Shown here: positions 9,455 to 18,753 of the stretch, in pieces | How positions within the stretch are numbered: the first letter of the stretch is position 1 | Layout of the letters: the number at the start of each line of letters is the position of its first letter | Source of the DNA: Flavobacteriales bacterium | GTDB taxonomy: Bacteria; Bacteroidota; Bacteroidia; Flavobacteriales; BACL11 | Direction: 5' to 3' | DNA length: 50,587 nucleotides | NCBI GenBank assembly: GCA_018664745.1 | Contig: JABJNS010000065.1 | Span: 1-50,587, forward strand | Translations under genes and position numbers: made by a program | The notes under the pieces: generated by a model | Databases searched by the model: none | What the model saw: only the letters and a program-made list of their open reading frames with translations | Told to the model about the DNA's origin: nothing

Positions 9455-10753
9455 ATGAGAAAATTACTTTTAATATTATTATGCTCAATATTGTATGGAT
9501 ACAGTAATGCACAATGCAATACCCCTTCAAATCCTTATAGCTCAAATATCAATTATTATAATGCTGACGCCAACTGGAGCTCTCAAACAAATGTTTATAA
9601 TTATAAAATCCGCTATAGAATTTTAGGAACAAGTTCATGGTTGTATAAAAATAATATTGACTCATTAGCTGTTTCAAAAAACATTAACAATCTACAGCCT
9701 CTTACTAGTTATATATGGCAAATTCGATCATACTGTGACTCCACAGGAAGCAATTATTCGCAATGGTCAGCTACCGATACATTTTATACAAATACTCTAA
9801 ATTGCCCTACAATTACAGGGCTTTATTCCAATAACATTTACTACAATGAAGCTGATGCTAATTGGAGTACTACAGCTGGAGTAAACAGATATAAAGTTCA
9901 CTATCGAATTTTAGGAACTTCAAGCTGGTCTAATCTAGGATTTATTGATTCATTAGATAACTCTGTTACTATTCCCTTATTACAGCAATCCACAACATAT
10001 GAATGGGAAATAATGGCATATTTTGACAGCACTTACCTACAAGCATCTCTATGGTCATCCCCTGATACTTTTACAACAACAACATTTGTTGCAGCACCAT
10101 TTAACCCAATTATCACAAATAGTATTGACAATCCAATTTGCAATACTGCAACAAATTTATCTTTATTTGCAAGTCAAAGCCAAAATGAGCCAGATATTGG
10201 AACATCAACAATAACTTCTGATGGAGGTTATTTTGATATTCAGTCCTTATCCATGGGTGATTCAGTAGGATTTGCTATAATGAACACGAGTACGCAAACA
10301 ATAGACGCAACATTGAAAGTCGGTATCATTGCTGGACAGAATTACGCCACAATTTATTCTTACGACATTACAGGTAGCCTTATAGGCTTCTTTGCGATAG
10401 AAAATATAAATGGAGGGATAAAAGTTAGCTCAAGCTCACCAAATGACGGAAATAACTACACTAGTGGATTTACTAGTGAAATCCATTTTACCAATCTATT
10501 CATCAACCCAAACATTAACGGCCCTTTGCATTTTTACACTGATATTCAATCGGAATTAAGTGATCAGTTTAATGACACAACAAGCATTTTAATATCATGT
10601 GTTAATTCAATTTCAGAGAATGAAAAAATAAATAATTTAGACTTTGAAGTTTATGATCTATTAGGAAGAAAAACTGATTGGAAAGAAAATACAATACTTA
10701 TCTATAAATATTCAAATGGTGAGGTAAGAAAAATATTCACTACAAAACAATAG
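9455..10753 (+). CDS. secreted protein with two tandem FN3-like modules and a short C-terminal tail (possible T9SS cargo)
   Basis: Signal peptide MRKLLLILLCSILYGYSNAQ. Two ~95-aa repeats share C.T..NI.YN.ADANWS..YK..YRILGTSSW..IDSL..Y.W.I..Y.DST..WS..DTF.T. The C-terminus reads FEVYDLLGRK...IYKYSNGEVRKI. Confidence 0.7.
   Translation: MRKLLLILLCSILYGYSNAQCNTPSNPYSSNINYYNADANWSSQTNVYNYKIRYRILGTSSWLYKNNIDSLAVSKNINNLQPLTSYIWQIRSYCDSTGSNYSQWSATDTFYTNTLNCPTITGLYSNNIYYNEADANWSTTAGVNRYKVHYRILGTSSWSNLGFIDSLDNSVTIPLLQQSTTYEWEIMAYFDSTYLQASLWSSPDTFTTTTFVAAPFNPIITNSIDNPICNTATNLSLFASQSQNEPDIGTSTITSDGGYFDIQSLSMGDSVGFAIMNTSTQTIDATLKVGIIAGQNYATIYSYDITGSLIGFFAIENINGGIKVSSSSPNDGNNYTSGFTSEIHFTNLFINPNINGPLHFYTDIQSELSDQFNDTTSILISCVNSISENEKINNLDFEVYDLLGRKTDWKENTILIYKYSNGEVRKIFTTKQ
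9515..10078 (+). repeat. intragenic tandem duplication (2 x ~95 codons, FN3-like modules)
   Basis: Repeat 1 is nt 9515-9802 and repeat 2 is nt 9803-10078. Both start with Cys and share the conserved strings listed for the CDS. Confidence 0.65.
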
Positions 10754-10827
10754 TGACCTAGGAGGGATTCGAACCCCCAACCGTCAGAGCCGAAATCTGA
10801 TATTCTATCCAGTTGAACTACTAGGCC
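10754..10827 (-). tRNA. tRNA-Arg (anticodon UCG); CCA not encoded
   Basis: Hand-folded 74-nt cloverleaf: acceptor GGCCTAG/CTAGGTC, D stem GTTC/GAAT, anticodon stem TCAGA/TCTGA with loop TTTCGGC, T arm GGGGG-TTCGAAT-CCCTC, discriminator A. Confidence 0.9.
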
Positions 10828-10919
10828 TATATTGCAAAAGTAATCTTTAATTAAGTATTACAATTTTTTTTCTAATAAGAAGTTATCTGATTGTATTATA
10901 GTATTATTGCTTTTGAATT

Positions 10920-13103
10920 ATGAAAAAATTATTATTTCTTCTATTTCCTTTATTTATCCAGGCCCAAGATGTACCAATTGGTTTTTGGAAAGATTATCAA
11001 TCCTATACTAATACAAGTTATATTACTCAAGCTAAAAGCAAAATATATTGTGTTACAAATGGTGGTTTATTTTATCTGAACAGGGATGATAATACACTTA
11101 ATCGCTTATCAAAAGTTACAGGACTTTCTGATATTGGAGTTAAAAAAATTGCCTATTATGATTCGTCAGAAACAACCATCATTACCTATGAAAATTGTAA
11201 TATTGATTTAATAAAAGAAGGAAGGATAATAAATATTTCTGATATCAAACGGAAAGAAATTATTGGAAACAAACTGATAAATAATATAACTATCAAAAAA
11301 GGCATTGCATATCTATCCTGCACCTTTGGGCTAGTACTTTTAGATCTAGAAAAGGAAGAAATAAAAGACACCTATAGAATAGGAGAGAATGGTAACTTTG
11401 TAGGAATTAATAGTTGCGCTTTTAATGAGCAAAATATTTTTGTAGCTTCTGAAGATGGTATTTATTCAGCCGACATACATTCCACTAGTTTATTTGATTT
11501 TAATAGTTGGGAATTAGATACTAATAGAACTGAAAATTATTGGAATATTTTTTCAATTGGAGATTCTATCTGGACTGGAGATTCTAACTCGTTTTACAAC
11601 AACAATTTACTTTTCATAGCCAATAATGATACCGTATTAATTTATGAAAACCTACTAACAAATCCAGATACTCTTATTGATAATAAGCTAAAATACATTC
11701 AATACATATATCATGATATTGAGGAAAATACCTGGATAGCAGATAGCGAAAATGGACTTTTACAGTTTATTAATTTTAATTACCAAGGAAACTTTATTCC
11801 TGAAGGGCCAACAATAAATGATACATACAGTTTAGAATATGAAAATAATACGCTTTACATGTGTCATGGAGGGCACATTAATTTTAGTTCACAAGGAAAA
11901 ATATATGATGGCGTTTCAATAAGAAAAAATTATGATGAATGGATAAATTATAATTACACTGCTATTGGAATAGATGTATTGGAAGTTGCTGTTAAAAATG
12001 GAACTGAGTACTATGCTTCATGGCGAGATGGATTATCTGAAATAAAAAATGGAGAATTAGTTATACGATATGATAATGACAATACAAATGGAGCACTAGA
12101 AACTACAGGGAGCTCAAATAATAGAATAAAAATTTCTGATTTGAAGTTTGATGATAATGGAAATTTATGGGGATTAAACTCAGAAGTTAATCATCCTTTA
12201 TTTGTAAAAACAAAAGATAATGAATGGTTTTCATTCGGCATGAACCAGGATAGACTTGGGCTTTTTTTTGACGACCTAATTATTGATCAATATAATCAGA
12301 AATGGGGAATACTAGGAAGGGGAGGATTATTTGTTTACAATGATAATAGTACAATTTCAGATGCTAATGATGATCAATATAAGATACTAAAAAATTCAGT
12401 TGGACAAGGAAATCTTCCTTCAATGGGAGTATATTCTATAGCTGAAGATTTAGACGGAGAGATATGGGTAGGAACCGATAAAGGCATTGGAATTTTCTAC
12501 AACCCTTCAGCAATTTTTTCAGGAAACAATTTTGATGCCCAACAAGTACTTATTCAAGAAGGAGATTACGGTCAATATTTATTAAGTGAAGAAAAAATAA
12601 AATGCATCACAATAGATGGTGCAAATAGAAAATGGATTGGAACTGAAAAAACTGGTGTTTTCTTAATTTCAGAAGATGGAATGGAGGAAATACAACACTT
12701 TACAGCTGAAAATAGCCCATTATTTTCAAATAATATTTATGATATAACGATTAACCCTGAAAATGGGGAGGTATTTATTGGTACGGAAAAAGGACTAATA
12801 TCATATCGTTCTGATGCAACTACAGGAGTAAAAACACAAGAAGAAACTCATGTATTTCCAAACCCTGTAAGAGAAACATATAATGGGCCTATTGCTATAA
12901 ATGGACTAATTACCAATGCAAATATTAAAATCACTGATATTGATGGTAATTTAGTTTTTGAAGATTTTGCAAAAGGAGGGCAAGCAATTTGGAATGGTAA
13001 AAACAAGAATGGAGAAAGAGCTTCCACAGGAGTATATTTAGTTTTCAGTACTGATATTAATGGATTAGAGAAGATGGTTAGTAAAATTCTTTTTGTTAAA
13101 TAA
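10920..13103 (+). CDS. beta-propeller (two-component-regulator-propeller-like) protein with a T9SS type A C-terminal domain; PorZ-like
   Basis: 727 aa with signal peptide MKKLLFLLFPLFIQAQ and repeated W.GT..G propeller strings (IWVGTDKGIGIF, KWIGTEKTGVFLI, VFIGTEKGLISY). The C-terminus VFPNPV...IKITDIDGNLVF...GVYLVF...KILFVK is a type A CTD pattern. PorZ identity is an inference from size and architecture. Confidence 0.6.
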   Translation: MKKLLFLLFPLFIQAQDVPIGFWKDYQSYTNTSYITQAKSKIYCVTNGGLFYLNRDDNTLNRLSKVTGLSDIGVKKIAYYDSSETTIITYENCNIDLIKEGRIINISDIKRKEIIGNKLINNITIKKGIAYLSCTFGLVLLDLEKEEIKDTYRIGENGNFVGINSCAFNEQNIFVASEDGIYSADIHSTSLFDFNSWELDTNRTENYWNIFSIGDSIWTGDSNSFYNNNLLFIANNDTVLIYENLLTNPDTLIDNKLKYIQYIYHDIEENTWIADSENGLLQFINFNYQGNFIPEGPTINDTYSLEYENNTLYMCHGGHINFSSQGKIYDGVSIRKNYDEWINYNYTAIGIDVLEVAVKNGTEYYASWRDGLSEIKNGELVIRYDNDNTNGALETTGSSNNRIKISDLKFDDNGNLWGLNSEVNHPLFVKTKDNEWFSFGMNQDRLGLFFDDLIIDQYNQKWGILGRGGLFVYNDNSTISDANDDQYKILKNSVGQGNLPSMGVYSIAEDLDGEIWVGTDKGIGIFYNPSAIFSGNNFDAQQVLIQEGDYGQYLLSEEKIKCITIDGANRKWIGTEKTGVFLISEDGMEEIQHFTAENSPLFSNNIYDITINPENGEVFIGTEKGLISYRSDATTGVKTQEETHVFPNPVRETYNGPIAINGLITNANIKITDIDGNLVFEDFAKGGQAIWNGKNKNGERASTGVYLVFSTDINGLEKMVSKILFVK

Positions 13104-13810
13104 TGAAATACAAAAGTAGGGCTATTGCATTAAGCTATCTAAAACAAGGGGAAAGCTCTATTATCTCAAAAATATTTACTGAAGAAAAAGGATTACAAAG
13201 CTTCATCATAAAAGGGGTAAGGTCAAAAAAATCAAAAAAAAACCTAGGTCTTTTCCAAGCATTACAGCTAGTAAATATAAATGCAAGTTACATACCAAAA
13301 AAAAATCTTCAGTACATAATTGAAATATCCTTAGAGCAGAATAAAATTCATAGTGGAATTGATATGACAAGAAAATTTCTTGCTATTTTTGTTGCTGAAG
13401 TTCTTTCAAAAGTTCTCATGGAAAGAGAAGATAATAAATTGCTTTTTAAATTTATTTGGGAAATAAAAAAAAGCTTAGATGATTCAAAAAAAATTGACAT
13501 TAACTTTCCTTTAATTTTCTTAATTCGGCTATCTGAATTTCTAGGATTTTCACCATCAAAAGAAGAGAGTAGTGGTCACTATTTTAATATGGAAACAGGA
13601 GAATTTACAAATAATCAATCCGAACTCAATCATTATCTAGAAAAAGAGGATTCAATGTACTTAAAATCTTTACTTGAAAATGAGAAGATTTTAATTCCCT
13701 ATCAAAATAGAAATCATATTTTATTATCTCTTATTCAATACTACAAACTTCAACACCATGAACTTAAAAATATGACTTCTCACTTAATTATTGAATCTCT
13801 AAGAAAATGA
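13103..13810 (+). CDS. recO: DNA repair protein RecO
   Basis: 235 aa. The N-terminal segment AIALSYLKQGESSIISKIFTEEKGLQSFIIKGVRS looks like the RecO OB-fold region. A TAATG overlap joins it to the upstream gene. Confidence 0.8.
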   Translation: MKYKSRAIALSYLKQGESSIISKIFTEEKGLQSFIIKGVRSKKSKKNLGLFQALQLVNINASYIPKKNLQYIIEISLEQNKIHSGIDMTRKFLAIFVAEVLSKVLMEREDNKLLFKFIWEIKKSLDDSKKIDINFPLIFLIRLSEFLGFSPSKEESSGHYFNMETGEFTNNQSELNHYLEKEDSMYLKSLLENEKILIPYQNRNHILLSLIQYYKLQHHELKNMTSHLIIESLRK

Positions 13811-16119
13811 GGTACTTAACCATTTTATTTATCTTTTTTGGACATAAACTTAACGCCCAAGAAATTATCCTTTTAGATGCCCTTACCGAACTCCCAATTG
13901 AAGGGGTTAGTGTTAGTAGTAAAACTAAAGACTTAGGCGTAATAAGCAATAATATGGGAATTACTAACTTAAGTGTTTTTAGTTCCAAAGAAACTTTAAT
14001 CATTCAACATATAGCTTATCAAAAAATTGAACAAATAAAAAGCTCAATACAGCAAAAAACAATTTTCTTAGTTTTAAAAACACATTCGCTAGAAAATGTA
14101 GAAATAACCGAATCAAAAGAAAGTTTAAAATCAACATTGAAACACCTTAAAATAACTCCCACTATAATGTTAAAATCACAAAGCGCACAAACAAGTGATC
14201 TATTAGAAAAAACCATGGGAGTAAGTATTCAAAATAGTCAGAACGGGGGGGGGAGCCCAAACCTTAGAGGAATGGAGGCAAATAGACTGCTTATTGTTGT
14301 TGATGGAATACCTTTAAACAACACTATTTTCAGAAGTGGACACCTCCAAAGTACAGCTACAATTAATCCTATTTTTCTTAAAGATGCTGAAGTATTGTTT
14401 GGCCCCGCATCAGTGGCTTACGGAAATGGAGCTATGGGTGGAGCTATTCTTTTCAGCACCAAGCGACCAGAAAATAAAAACAGTACGCAATTCACCCAAC
14501 AATATGAGAGTAGTTCAGATGCTGTTTTTACTTCAATAATCTCAAATTATAAAACAAATAATAGTGCTAACATTAGTGGGTTTTCGCTTAAATCATATGG
14601 TAATTTAAAAATGGGAAGCAATAGAAAACATGGATTTAAAAATTGGGGGAAGGAAGCAATAATTACAGAAAATAATATCCAAAAAGGAACAGCTTATCAG
14701 CAAGCTGATTTTTTTCATAAAACTTTATTTAAACTAAGTAATACCAACTTCCTACTCTTTAACTCTCAATTTTCCACATCATCAAATATTAACCGATTTG
14801 ACAAGTTAAATGATATTAAAGATGGAGAACAAAAATATAAAAACTGGTACTATGGGCCTCAAAAAAGATTCTTCCAAAGTGCTAGATTAAAAAATTATTT
14901 TCAAAATTTTGCTTCTGACGAATCCGTATTTACTGTAGCATATCAGAATATTAAAGAATCTAGACACAAACAAAAAAATGGAGATGAGTTACTAAATAAT
15001 AGAACTGAAACTTTACATATTTTAGATTTTAAATCTGATTTTTTAAAACAGTTTAATCGCTTTAAATTGAATTATGGTTTTGATTCTAGATTCCAAAAAT
15101 TAAACTCGACAGCAAACTTATCAGATAAAAACACTCATTTTTATAATACTACTCGCTATCCTGACGGAGGAGCCAATGTTATAAACAATGCTATATATTC
15201 GCAAATTAATCTTGATTGCACAAAGAATTTATTGCTATTAGTCGGAAGCAGATATAGCATCAATTCTTTATCTGCAACATTTCAAGACACTACAGTTATC
15301 CATTTGCCTTTTAATGAAATTCGAGTACATAATAAGTCACTATCTAATTCTCTGCAACTTGTTTATAAATACAATCCTAGTTTAAGGATTAATGGAGCAG
15401 TATCAAATGGTTTTCGAAACCCAAATACAGATGATATTGGAAAAGTTTTCTCAAAAAATGATTTGTCAGTAATAGTCCCTAACAACAACTTATCCCCTGA
15501 AAAATCATTAAATATTGAAACAGGTATTCACCTTAAAATAAAGAATATAATTACCGTGCAATTACAGATATTCCAAACACAAATTACTGATGCAATTGAA
15601 AGGCGTGAAGCGACTTTAAATGAACTTGACTCCATGAATTATGACGGAGAGATGATGAAAATAATGATGAATACAAATATTGGTCGTGCAACAATAAAAG
15701 GGTTAAATTTTGCATATCAACTAAAGATTAATAAACAATTTTCACATAATACTATCATCAATGCATTACATGGTGAAACGGTAGATGGACTTCCACTAGC
15801 TCACATTCCACCAACTAGCATTACTAGCACTTTAAATTATGAGTATAATAATCAAGCTATCTCCTTAAGTACGCACTATAATGCTCTAAAAAAAGCCATA
15901 GATTATGATTTAGGTGGTGTTGACAATTTAGAAGAAGCTACACAAATTGGAAATCCTTCATGGTATACTCTCAGCTTAAAGTATAGTAATAGTCTGGACA
16001 AGAACTTAACCTTTATTGCTGGTATTCAAAATATTATGGATATTCATTACAAAACTTTTGGGTCGGGAATTAGTGCTAGTGGAAGAAATTTTACGCTATC
16101 TTTACGTGCTAATTTTTAA
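13807..16119 (+). CDS. TonB-dependent outer-membrane receptor with an N-terminal carboxypeptidase-regulatory-like domain
   Basis: 770 aa with a signal peptide ending NAQE, the plug motif GGGSPNLRGMEANRLLIVVDGIPLNN, GFRNPN in the barrel, and a C-terminal aromatic residue (F). Confidence 0.88.
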   Translation: MRYLTILFIFFGHKLNAQEIILLDALTELPIEGVSVSSKTKDLGVISNNMGITNLSVFSSKETLIIQHIAYQKIEQIKSSIQQKTIFLVLKTHSLENVEITESKESLKSTLKHLKITPTIMLKSQSAQTSDLLEKTMGVSIQNSQNGGGSPNLRGMEANRLLIVVDGIPLNNTIFRSGHLQSTATINPIFLKDAEVLFGPASVAYGNGAMGGAILFSTKRPENKNSTQFTQQYESSSDAVFTSIISNYKTNNSANISGFSLKSYGNLKMGSNRKHGFKNWGKEAIITENNIQKGTAYQQADFFHKTLFKLSNTNFLLFNSQFSTSSNINRFDKLNDIKDGEQKYKNWYYGPQKRFFQSARLKNYFQNFASDESVFTVAYQNIKESRHKQKNGDELLNNRTETLHILDFKSDFLKQFNRFKLNYGFDSRFQKLNSTANLSDKNTHFYNTTRYPDGGANVINNAIYSQINLDCTKNLLLLVGSRYSINSLSATFQDTTVIHLPFNEIRVHNKSLSNSLQLVYKYNPSLRINGAVSNGFRNPNTDDIGKVFSKNDLSVIVPNNNLSPEKSLNIETGIHLKIKNIITVQLQIFQTQITDAIERREATLNELDSMNYDGEMMKIMMNTNIGRATIKGLNFAYQLKINKQFSHNTIINALHGETVDGLPLAHIPPTSITSTLNYEYNNQAISLSTHYNALKKAIDYDLGGVDNLEEATQIGNPSWYTLSLKYSNSLDKNLTFIAGIQNIMDIHYKTFGSGISASGRNFTLSLRANF

Positions 16120-16189
16120 AGCTCTATCTACAATACACTGAACACATAAGACCAGGTTTATATCGCCTTATCAAAAGGAAAACTAAGTG

Positions 16190-16197
16190 TATCTTTG
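16190..16197 (+). promoter_or_regulatory. Bacteroidota-type -7 promoter box (TATCTTTG)
   Basis: Exact TAnnTTTG match 18 nt upstream of the ATG at 16216. Confidence 0.5.
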
Positions 16198-16215
16198 GTC
16201 TCTAAAATTTATTAC

Positions 16216-18753
16216 ATGAATAAGCTAGCACTACTTATATTTACATTGTTTATTTCCACTTCATTAACAGCTCAAATTTGGGAAGATGAATTACTAAAAA
16301 CAAATCCAAACCCTACGGTTGAGGAAAAAAGCCAAGCTTTTGAAGAGTATCGCGCTACACACCCTTATACCAAAGGAAACGGCTACAAACCTTATGCTAG
16401 AGAAATAGACTTTAGTTTAGAGCGTAACTTTATAGATTCTGAATTCAAAGCAGATGCCCTATTTATTGAATGGAAAAAAATACAAGAAAAATATTCTCAT
16501 TCCAAAACAAGTACTCAATCAAATTGGATAGCTAAAGGACCTACAAATACACCAATCATTCTATCAAACGGGAAAAAAAGAGGAAATGGTAGAGTGAATT
16601 GTATAGCTTTTGACCCTAATGACCCTGACATAATATGGATAGGATCTCCTGCTGGAGGTTTATGGAAATCTATTGATGGAGGGAGTAATTGGACAACTAA
16701 TACTGATAATTTACCAGTGATAGGGGTTTCTTATATTGCAATTGACCCTATAAACTCACAAAACATGTTAATTGTAACAGGAGATGCTCATGCATCTGAC
16801 ACTTATAGTATTGGTATATTAAAATCAACTGATGGAGGAAACTCTTGGATAACAACAAGTTTAAGTTATAATATTAGTCAAGAAAAAACAATAAACAAAG
16901 TGATTATTAACCCAAACTATCCTGATAGCGCTTATGCAGTTACTAATAGTAATATTATGACAAGTATTGATGGTGGTAATAATTGGACAATTACAGGCCC
17001 TATAGGTAGGTGGAGAGATATAGAGTTTAAGCCTGGTACGCCATCAACTCTCTATGCTGCAAAACAATCAAGTGGAGGTTCAAATATTTATCGTTCAACT
17101 GATGGAGGTGCAAATTGGAGCACTATTAATAACGGAATGACCGGGAGCAGGTACCGTCCTTTAATTGCTGTTACTCCTGATAATCCAAATGTTATTTACG
17201 CACTCTTTTCTGCCTCTGATTATGGATTTCATGGACTTTACAAATCTTCAGATGCTGGAGATAGTTGGATCTTACAATCAAATAGCCCTAATATCTTAGG
17301 AAGAGAAACTGATGGAAGTGGAACTGGGGGTCAATCATGGTATGATTTAAGTTTAGCAGTTTCTACAGCTGATGAAAATCTAGTTTATGTTGGTGGGATT
17401 AATTTATGGAAAACAACTAATGGAGGGAATAATTGGACAATAAATGCAAGTAGTGGAAATGGAAACTACTCTTACATGCATGTTGACCAGCATGCTGCAG
17501 AATTCAATCCACTTAACCATATTGCTTATGCAGGTAATGATGGTGGTTTTTATAAATATATGGACAACCTTAATAAATGGGTAGATATTTCTGATGGGTT
17601 AGAAATTTCACAATTTTATCGCTTAGGATTATCTAAATCCAACCCTGATAGATTAGTTGCTGGTGCTCAGGATAATGGAACAGAAATGCTAACCAATGGT
17701 ACCTGGGATGCAATTATGGGAGGAGATGGAATGGAATGTGCTATTGATCATTATGACCAAGATATTATCTATGCAGAATTCCAGTATGGTGGCTTAAGAA
17801 AGTCTTACAATGGAGGGAATAATTGGAGTAACATAAAACCTGTGAGTTATGATGGAGGATGGGTAACTCCATACAAAATGCACCCTATAAATAATAACCT
17901 AATAGTTGCTGGCTATAATGAAGTTTATCGTTCAGAAACTGCAGGGGCAATATGGGATTCTATTTCTTATAATGTGAGTGGGGGACAAGCAATAAAAACA
18001 ATAGCACTTGCAGAATCTAATGAAGACTACATTTATGCAGCAACATATACTAAAATGAAAGTAACGAAAAATGCTGGCACTACTTGGACTAATATAAAAT
18101 CAGGAATTCCTAACTATAACATAACAGATGTAACTGTTTCAAACAATAACCCTGATAGAGTATGGGTTACATTATCAGGATATGTTAGTGGACATAAAGT
18201 TTATGAGTCAAATGATGGAGGATCAACTTGGATAAATATAACAGCAAATGGATTACCAAATCTTCCTGCGAACTGTATTGTCTATCAAGGAGGAGCAAAT
18301 GACGATTTATATGTTGGAACAGATATTGGAGTGTATTACAAAGACAATACTATGACAGATTGGATACCATTTATGACAGGCCTACCAAATGTAATAATAA
18401 AAGAATTGGAGATTCATTATGATGAAGGAACAATAAGTGCAGCTACTTACGGAAGAGGCATTTGGGAAAGTCCTTTAAACACATTATCTACAAATATTGA
18501 TGAGAAGAAAATTTCTTCTTTTCAAATTCATCCTAACCCTGCAACACAAGAGATAACACTTAATGTTGGCTCTCAAATAAAAGAAAATCTAATCGCTAAA
18601 ATTTATTCCATTACTGGCCAGACTATTATTATTAAAAATATTAATAACAACCGTATAACAATCAATACTTCTAATTTTTCAAAAGGATGTTATATTGTAG
18701 AACTTAGTAATGGTAGTAGTTTCACTAGAAGAGAAAAGCTAATTATAAAATAG
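16216..18753 (+). CDS. BNR/sortilin(VPS10)-type repeat protein with a T9SS type A C-terminal domain
   Basis: I prefer the ATG at 16216 (MNKLALLIFTLFISTSLTAQ signal peptide) over the TTG at 16195. There are many S.DGG..W repeats (SIDGGSNW, STDGGNSW, SIDGGNNW, STDGGANW, SNDGGSTW). The tail is IHPNPATQEITL...IYSITGQ...KGCYIVEL. Confidence 0.8.
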   Translation: MNKLALLIFTLFISTSLTAQIWEDELLKTNPNPTVEEKSQAFEEYRATHPYTKGNGYKPYAREIDFSLERNFIDSEFKADALFIEWKKIQEKYSHSKTSTQSNWIAKGPTNTPIILSNGKKRGNGRVNCIAFDPNDPDIIWIGSPAGGLWKSIDGGSNWTTNTDNLPVIGVSYIAIDPINSQNMLIVTGDAHASDTYSIGILKSTDGGNSWITTSLSYNISQEKTINKVIINPNYPDSAYAVTNSNIMTSIDGGNNWTITGPIGRWRDIEFKPGTPSTLYAAKQSSGGSNIYRSTDGGANWSTINNGMTGSRYRPLIAVTPDNPNVIYALFSASDYGFHGLYKSSDAGDSWILQSNSPNILGRETDGSGTGGQSWYDLSLAVSTADENLVYVGGINLWKTTNGGNNWTINASSGNGNYSYMHVDQHAAEFNPLNHIAYAGNDGGFYKYMDNLNKWVDISDGLEISQFYRLGLSKSNPDRLVAGAQDNGTEMLTNGTWDAIMGGDGMECAIDHYDQDIIYAEFQYGGLRKSYNGGNNWSNIKPVSYDGGWVTPYKMHPINNNLIVAGYNEVYRSETAGAIWDSISYNVSGGQAIKTIALAESNEDYIYAATYTKMKVTKNAGTTWTNIKSGIPNYNITDVTVSNNNPDRVWVTLSGYVSGHKVYESNDGGSTWINITANGLPNLPANCIVYQGGANDDLYVGTDIGVYYKDNTMTDWIPFMTGLPNVIIKELEIHYDEGTISAATYGRGIWESPLNTLSTNIDEKKISSFQIHPNPATQEITLNVGSQIKENLIAKIYSITGQTIIIKNINNNRITINTSNFSKGCYIVELSNGSSFTRREKLIIK

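Noticed and set aside
9354-9545. A 63-aa ORF on the - strand spanning the intergenic region upstream of the FN3-like gene.
   Set aside because: It overlaps the promoter and the signal-peptide codons of the + strand gene, has a hydrophobic low-complexity AT-driven composition and shows no recognisable motif.
10754-10827. The tRNA-Arg as a possible integration site of a genomic island, flanked by accessory-looking T9SS cargo genes.
   Set aside because: I could find no integrase, recombinase or phage genes, and no direct repeat of the tRNA 3' half nearby. The flanking genes have the same composition as the rest of the window.
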